DNA from: a virus
Taxonomy: Duplodnaviria > Caudoviricetes
IMG/VR virus record: IMGVR_UViG_3300028274_000012
Location: 1-49,694 of that record
DNA length: 49,694 nucleotides
Direction: 5' to 3' (one strand)
In this document: positions 45,828 to 49,694 of the stretch, piece by piece
Position numbering within the stretch: the stretch's first letter is position 1
Layout: each line of letters starts with the position of its first letter
Translations under genes and position numbers: made by a program
Notes under the pieces: model-generated
Database searches by the model: none
The model's input: the letters and a program-made list of their open reading frames with translations, nothing else
What the model was told of the DNA's origin: nothing

Positions 45828-46051
45828 TAGTGATTCTCCTTCCACTTAAGATTAAAAACTCCCGGGTAAAAGATTCTTTCGAAGCCTTTTCTTACCACCA
45901 GTATCTTACCGGTAGAACTTGACTTATGAGGCGGAAATCCGCTTTTATAGGTAAACTTCTGTCCGTCTGCAGATTTTAAAACTTCATTAACTTTAACCTC
46001 CCTACCCCCGTCTTTATGTACTAAAACCCATCTTACTGTCCAGCCGCTCAT
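45827..46051 (-). CDS. hypothetical protein
   Basis: GGAGG SD; PPHK.SSTGKI...FYPGVF.L.W pattern. Confidence 0.65.
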   Translation of the reverse strand: MSGWTVRWVLVHKDGGREVKVNEVLKSADGQKFTYKSGFPPHKSSSTGKILVVRKGFERIFYPGVFNLKWKENH

Positions 46052-46052
46052 T

Positions 46053-46316
46053 TTAAGCCTCCTTTGTTTTCTTTTTGTATCTTTTTAAAGATTCAACTCT
46101 GTTTAGTTTAAAATCCAGCCGGTTGAGCTGATCCAAGGCTAAAAGCAGGGAAATTCTCTCGTTGGGTAAAGTGGATTCAGATAGAACCAGTTTTGTAATA
46201 GCAGTCTTGGTTCTGGCCAGAGTACCGGCGTTGTGGAATAGTCTTTCAAATGACCATTTCTGTGTGATAGTTTGAACTTTTTTCTTTTTGTACGGGTTTT
46301 TCCAGATTGTTACCAT
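46053..46316 (-). CDS. hypothetical protein
   Basis: AAGGAGG SD. Confidence 0.65.
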   Translation of the reverse strand: MVTIWKNPYKKKKVQTITQKWSFERLFHNAGTLARTKTAITKLVLSESTLPNERISLLLALDQLNRLDFKLNRVESLKRYKKKTKEA

Positions 46317-46327
46317 TTTATCCTCCT

Positions 46328-46567
46328 TTAATAATTATCATAAATTGTTCTTGCGTGTTCAAAGCAGAGTGTATCCAAGTTGTCCTTTCCAAATTCGGCT
46401 ATGAACATTTCTACTTGAACCGGGGTGAACTCTTTGTCAAAAAGAGAAATGGAAATAATTTCTACCTCGGCGTCATAGCCTGGGAAGTCGTAGCTCCGGG
46501 GCTCCCCTTCGTGAATTACATAGTCTATGGTTAATGGAAGCTCTATGTTGGTTTCTAATTCAGACAT
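46328..46567 (-). CDS. hypothetical acidic protein
   Basis: GGAG SD. Confidence 0.6.
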   Translation of the reverse strand: MSELETNIELPLTIDYVIHEGEPRSYDFPGYDAEVEIISISLFDKEFTPVQVEMFIAEFGKDNLDTLCFEHARTIYDNY

Positions 46568-46803
46568 TGTCTATTCTCCCTTTTTTCTTCTTCTTCTTTT
46601 TCAATCAAAAGTACGAACTTTACAAGTGTAGAGGCTAAAATCATTTCATTTTTTATACTGTGTGAAGATAGTATACAGCCCAAGGTTGCAAAAATTCTGG
46701 TATGGTGCTCAACCCCGGCTTCAGTTGAAAGATCGCATAGGCTAAATAAAACATCATGTACGCTTTTTAAATATTCTGTTGCTTCTTTTTCTGTGGTTAT
46801 CAT
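46555..46803 (-). CDS. hypothetical protein
   Basis: AAGGAGG SD. Confidence 0.6.
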   Translation of the reverse strand: MITTEKEATEYLKSVHDVLFSLCDLSTEAGVEHHTRIFATLGCILSSHSIKNEMILASTLVKFVLLIEKEEEEKRENRQCLN

Positions 46804-46815
46804 TTTAAGCCTCCT

Positions 46816-47082
46816 TTAAATACAAAATTCATGCGGATCAAAAGGAACAAATATTTTAGTAATAAATAATATTTTAGTAAAAATTTTATGCTCCTTTTTA
46901 ATTCTATTTTCACAAATTAACTTATTAGAATTACACTGCGGAGATAATAAAGAGTTATAAAAATAAATATTATTTTCATCGTCAGCTAACCAATACTTAT
47001 CTCGGTAAACTCTAAAAAATTCTCCTTTATCTGGAATTGCTTTTAATTCGTTTGCTTGTCTTTTTATTAAATATCTTTCCAT
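46816..47082 (-). CDS. hypothetical protein
   Basis: Operon packing; SPQCN motif. Confidence 0.6.
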   Translation of the reverse strand: MERYLIKRQANELKAIPDKGEFFRVYRDKYWLADDENNIYFYNSLLSPQCNSNKLICENRIKKEHKIFTKILFITKIFVPFDPHEFCI

Positions 47083-47093
47083 TTTAAATCCCT

Positions 47094-47288
47094 TTAAATA
47101 AAAAGTTTATCAAAACATTTTTCACAAAGCCCGGAGATTTTAAACTCTTTTCTTCCGGCGACTGAATAACAATTTGGTATTGCAAGTTCTTTGCAACTAA
47201 TACAGAAACCCTTATCCCGGTTCCGTTGAGCGTGTTTACCATAGGCTTTTTCTTGCGTTTCTTCTTTAAACTTTTGTAGGTTTGACAT
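47094..47288 (-). CDS. small zinc-binding hypothetical protein
   Basis: AAGGAG SD; CISC...EF.ISGLCEKCFD. Confidence 0.7.
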   Translation of the reverse strand: MSNLQKFKEETQEKAYGKHAQRNRDKGFCISCKELAIPNCYSVAGRKEFKISGLCEKCFDKLFI

Positions 47289-47317
47289 GTTAAGTCTCCT
47301 TTATTGGTTGTTGAAAT

Positions 47318-47336
47318 GGTCAAAATTTGACCTTTC
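47318..47336 (-). repeat. polar palindrome copy 7
   Basis: Minus strand reads GAAAGGTCAAATTTTGACC and includes the TGA of the upstream gene. Confidence 0.85.
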
Positions 47337-47523
47337 TCTGTTCTAATTCAGCTTCAATAAAACCAACAATTTGTTTATTGGTATTAAGTCTTTCTTCCAC
47401 TGATCCACCGGAATAAGACAGAATGTTTGTTAAAAGAGCTGCTTCACATATTGTGATGTCTTTTAGTGAATCCTCTCTATCTTTTAACAATTCTTCTGTT
47501 GATATGTTAGTGATTTTTGTCAT
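47320..47523 (-). CDS. hypothetical protein
   Basis: AGGAGGAG SD. Confidence 0.65.
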   Translation of the reverse strand: MTKITNISTEELLKDREDSLKDITICEAALLTNILSYSGGSVEERLNTNKQIVGFIEAELEQRKVKF

Positions 47524-47532
47524 TTTCTCCTC

Positions 47533-47727
47533 CTACCCCAATGGTGCTTTTTGTTTAAGTAAATGCTTCGGGGCTTTATGTTTTGAGTAACTTGGTGGTA
47601 TGTAATTCCAGTTTGACGGCCAAACGCTTTCAAACCGGGTTTGGGTATTTTGGTAATAGCCTTTCCAAGTATGCCCGATAAAGGTAAATGTAAGGGCTAT
47701 TATAAGATAAGTTAATAAAGTTTTCAT
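47533..47727 (-). CDS. small protein with hydrophobic N-terminus
   Basis: AAGGA SD; signal- or TM-like start. Confidence 0.55.
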   Translation of the reverse strand: MKTLLTYLIIALTFTFIGHTWKGYYQNTQTRFESVWPSNWNYIPPSYSKHKAPKHLLKQKAPLG

Positions 47728-47736
47728 CTTTTTCCT

Positions 47737-48045
47737 TTAAGCTGGCGGTAAAAGGTTTCTTTTTACTTTCAAACCTAATCTAACTCTTTTAGCTCTTTGC
47801 CGATGATCTATATAGTGACCTCGCCCGACTTCTTTATCTTTCCAGTGGGTATAACAAAGAGTATTCGGATTTTGTTTCTCGGTAAGTCTTTGTTTAATTT
47901 GTTTTTTACAAGAACTGTAGCTACAAATTGTACTTGATAAAATGTCAAAAGATAGTTTCATTTTAAGTCTCCTTTCATGGTAGAAATCTTCCTGAACGGC
48001 CTTCCACTTAATTAATAATTCTTCTAATTTTTTAAATTTATTCAT
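47737..48045 (-). CDS. hypothetical basic protein
   Basis: SD at the start plus an internal AAGGAG before MKLSF (alternative start). Confidence 0.55.
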   Translation of the reverse strand: MNKFKKLEELLIKWKAVQEDFYHERRLKMKLSFDILSSTICSYSSCKKQIKQRLTEKQNPNTLCYTHWKDKEVGRGHYIDHRQRAKRVRLGLKVKRNLLPPA

Positions 48046-48069
48046 AGTCCGCTCCTAATATTAAATTCA

Positions 48070-48330
48070 TCAGCAGCTTTGCTGCCTGTTGCAATGGTTA
48101 TTATTTCTCAGCCTCACGTCTTCTAAGATTTTAAAAGCTGCTTCAGTATCTCGACTGATCACGAATGAAGGTGGGGAAGGGGCTTCCATTTCGTACATAA
48201 TGCAAGCGAGTACTGCCATTTCACGCATTTCGGATGGGGTAAATTGATTAGCATATATCTGCGCTTTCATTGCGTCTACCATGCAGCGGTAAGCATTATC
48301 TTGGTCATATTTAGCCTTCATGGTTTTCAT
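48070..48330 (-). CDS. hypothetical protein
   Basis: AAGGAG SD. Confidence 0.65.
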   Translation of the reverse strand: MKTMKAKYDQDNAYRCMVDAMKAQIYANQFTPSEMREMAVLACIMYEMEAPSPPSFVISRDTEAAFKILEDVRLRNNNHCNRQQSC

Positions 48331-48532
48331 ATTTATCTCCTTTTTTATTAATACTGTTAAATTGTTTTCTTAAAGCAAAATCTGTTTCTACACAAAGTCT
48401 ATGTAATTCAAAAGCATCTTCTAAGTGCGGGTACTCGCTCGGAAGTGTTGCAATTATACTATTTATTACTCTGGTAAAACAAATTTGATTAAAGCCTGTT
48501 GGTAAATTTATATTTAATTTAAATGTTGGCAT
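48311..48532 (-). CDS. hypothetical protein
   Basis: AAGGAG SD. Confidence 0.6.
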   Translation of the reverse strand: MPTFKLNINLPTGFNQICFTRVINSIIATLPSEYPHLEDAFELHRLCVETDFALRKQFNSINKKGDKYENHEG

Positions 48533-48639
48533 TTTTTAATCTCCTTTTCTATTTCTATGTAAAGTAAAATTAATTCTATTAAAATCCAACCAAAATAGGT
48601 ATAAAAAATAAGGAAGAAAATCCACATCTTTATTCTTTT

Positions 48640-49107
48640 TTACTCCTCTTTCATCTCTTGTTCAAGAATCTTCTTCATCTCTTCTTTTTCGGTGTTTCTA
48701 TCTTCAGCAACCATTGCTTTTCTTTCTTCTTTTTCTTCCTCTCTTTTGCTTTCTATAAATTCTTCTATTTCTTCTTCAGTCCTACCATCACTTTTCATTA
48801 AACCTACAATCCTCTGCACTTCCGCATCTTCCATTATATCCATTTCCATAGGTATAATATTTCCATCTTTATCTAAAGTAAACAACTCTATCTTTGGGCG
48901 TTTAAAAACCTTAACATAAAGCAGCTTATCGGGTCCGGTAAGTTTAGTAATCCCGATGGTTTCAGACATACTTTTGTCGAGCATCTTCTTTTTAAGATGA
49001 TAAAGCATAATTCGAATTGATTCTTGGTTTTTAGTGTCTGCACATTTAATCAGTGTTGGTTTATTTGTAAGTAAAACTTTTCTTACTGCGTCTTCTAAAA
49101 CTGACAT
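48640..49107 (-). CDS. hypothetical protein (paralog of 42746-43153)
   Basis: AAGGAGGT SD; charged C-terminal tail. Confidence 0.75.
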   Translation of the reverse strand: MSVLEDAVRKVLLTNKPTLIKCADTKNQESIRIMLYHLKKKMLDKSMSETIGITKLTGPDKLLYVKVFKRPKIELFTLDKDGNIIPMEMDIMEDAEVQRIVGLMKSDGRTEEEIEEFIESKREEEKEERKAMVAEDRNTEKEEMKKILEQEMKEE

Positions 49108-49138
49108 TTTTACCTCCTTTTATTATACTCCGTTTGGT

Positions 49139-49369
49139 TTAATCTTCTTGAAATAAAAATCCTTCTGAAATAAACCCGCCTTTATCTAATTCATTAAGAG
49201 CATGGTGGGGAACGCTTTTACCGTATAACAAACCTGATAAATACATTCTGTTTATATTACTTATACTGGTAAGTCCGAGTTTTGTCCACCACCAAGCCCC
49301 GTCACCGGCATCTGCAACAGCAAGCTCTTCGTCTACCCAGTGTTGAAGTAGTAGTTTATTTTCTTCCAT
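49139..49369 (-). CDS. hypothetical protein, first early gene
   Basis: AAGGAGG SD; first ORF after a consensus promoter. Confidence 0.65.
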   Translation of the reverse strand: MEENKLLLQHWVDEELAVADAGDGAWWWTKLGLTSISNINRMYLSGLLYGKSVPHHALNELDKGGFISEGFLFQED

Positions 49370-49449
49370 TTAAACCTCCTTTTATTGTGTTTATAGCTTA
49401 GTCGCCGGGAATGGGTAATTTTATTTGTTATATTATTCATTATACTGGT

Positions 49450-49478
49450 AGTATACACCAATTTAGGTTAGATGTCAA
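49450..49478 (-). promoter_or_regulatory. near-consensus sigma70 early promoter
   Basis: TTGACA-17 bp-TATACT pointing into the early genes. Confidence 0.78.
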
Positions 49479-49635
49479 TGTAAATTTGTTAGTTTGTGCA
49501 TTTATATTGTAGTTACATTTATCGTGTAATATTGTTATGCATTTATACATTTATGATGTAAATGCCTATGGCTTCCCCACACATATTCTTTTGACCTTTC
49601 TTAGATCTCTTGTCCTCTAAGGCTTTTTCTTTACT

Positions 49636-49682
<47 letters not shown>

Positions 49683-49694
49683 TAAAATAAATAT

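Noticed and set aside
29683-48919. Short + strand and alternate-frame ORFs in the early region (e.g. 31844-32101, 42669-43298, 40805-40999, 47084-47323)
   Set aside because: They overlap better-supported genes or RNA elements and lack SD sequences.

Overview
This is a near-complete genome of an AT-rich tailed phage with P22-like (podovirus-type) virion genes. The left end falls inside a gene and the right end is a 40-nt poly-T. There are two convergent halves. The + strand (1-29.4 kb) carries a tail fibre with an SGNH esterase domain, lysis genes, an HNH-AP2 endonuclease, TerL, portal, scaffold, coat, tail hub, a B12/radical-SAM enzyme, a GNAT protein and ejection proteins, the last a 2395-aa polyvalent protein with ART-like, GHKL and HExxH motifs. 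The - strand (29.4-49.4 kb) carries a DUF3987-type helicase, a UDG-PolA fusion, a ParB-methyltransferase fusion, an SSB/Sak4/Cas4-like recombination trio, an ATP-dependent ligase and many small early genes behind three sigma70-like promoters. I found no integrase, CI-type repressor, primase, TerS or RNA polymerase. The most interesting signals are non-coding. (1) A cluster of integron attC-like hairpins at 37.37-38.20 kb has AAT/ATT instead of AAC/GTT cores and cassette-type complementary ends, with no integrase in the window. (2) A 19-bp polar palindrome, GAAASGTCAA-N3-TTGACC, occurs 7 times at mostly 5-6.5 kb spacing, co-oriented with transcription, including inside genes. (3) Two covarying copies of a three-way-junction pseudoknot leader abut ribosome-binding sites. 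(4) A CCA-ending tRNA-like RNA has an 8-bp acceptor stem and no canonical anticodon loop. (5) A duplicated structured element encodes micro-peptides ending in RGR-stop. All protein calls come from motif recognition by eye; no searches were run.
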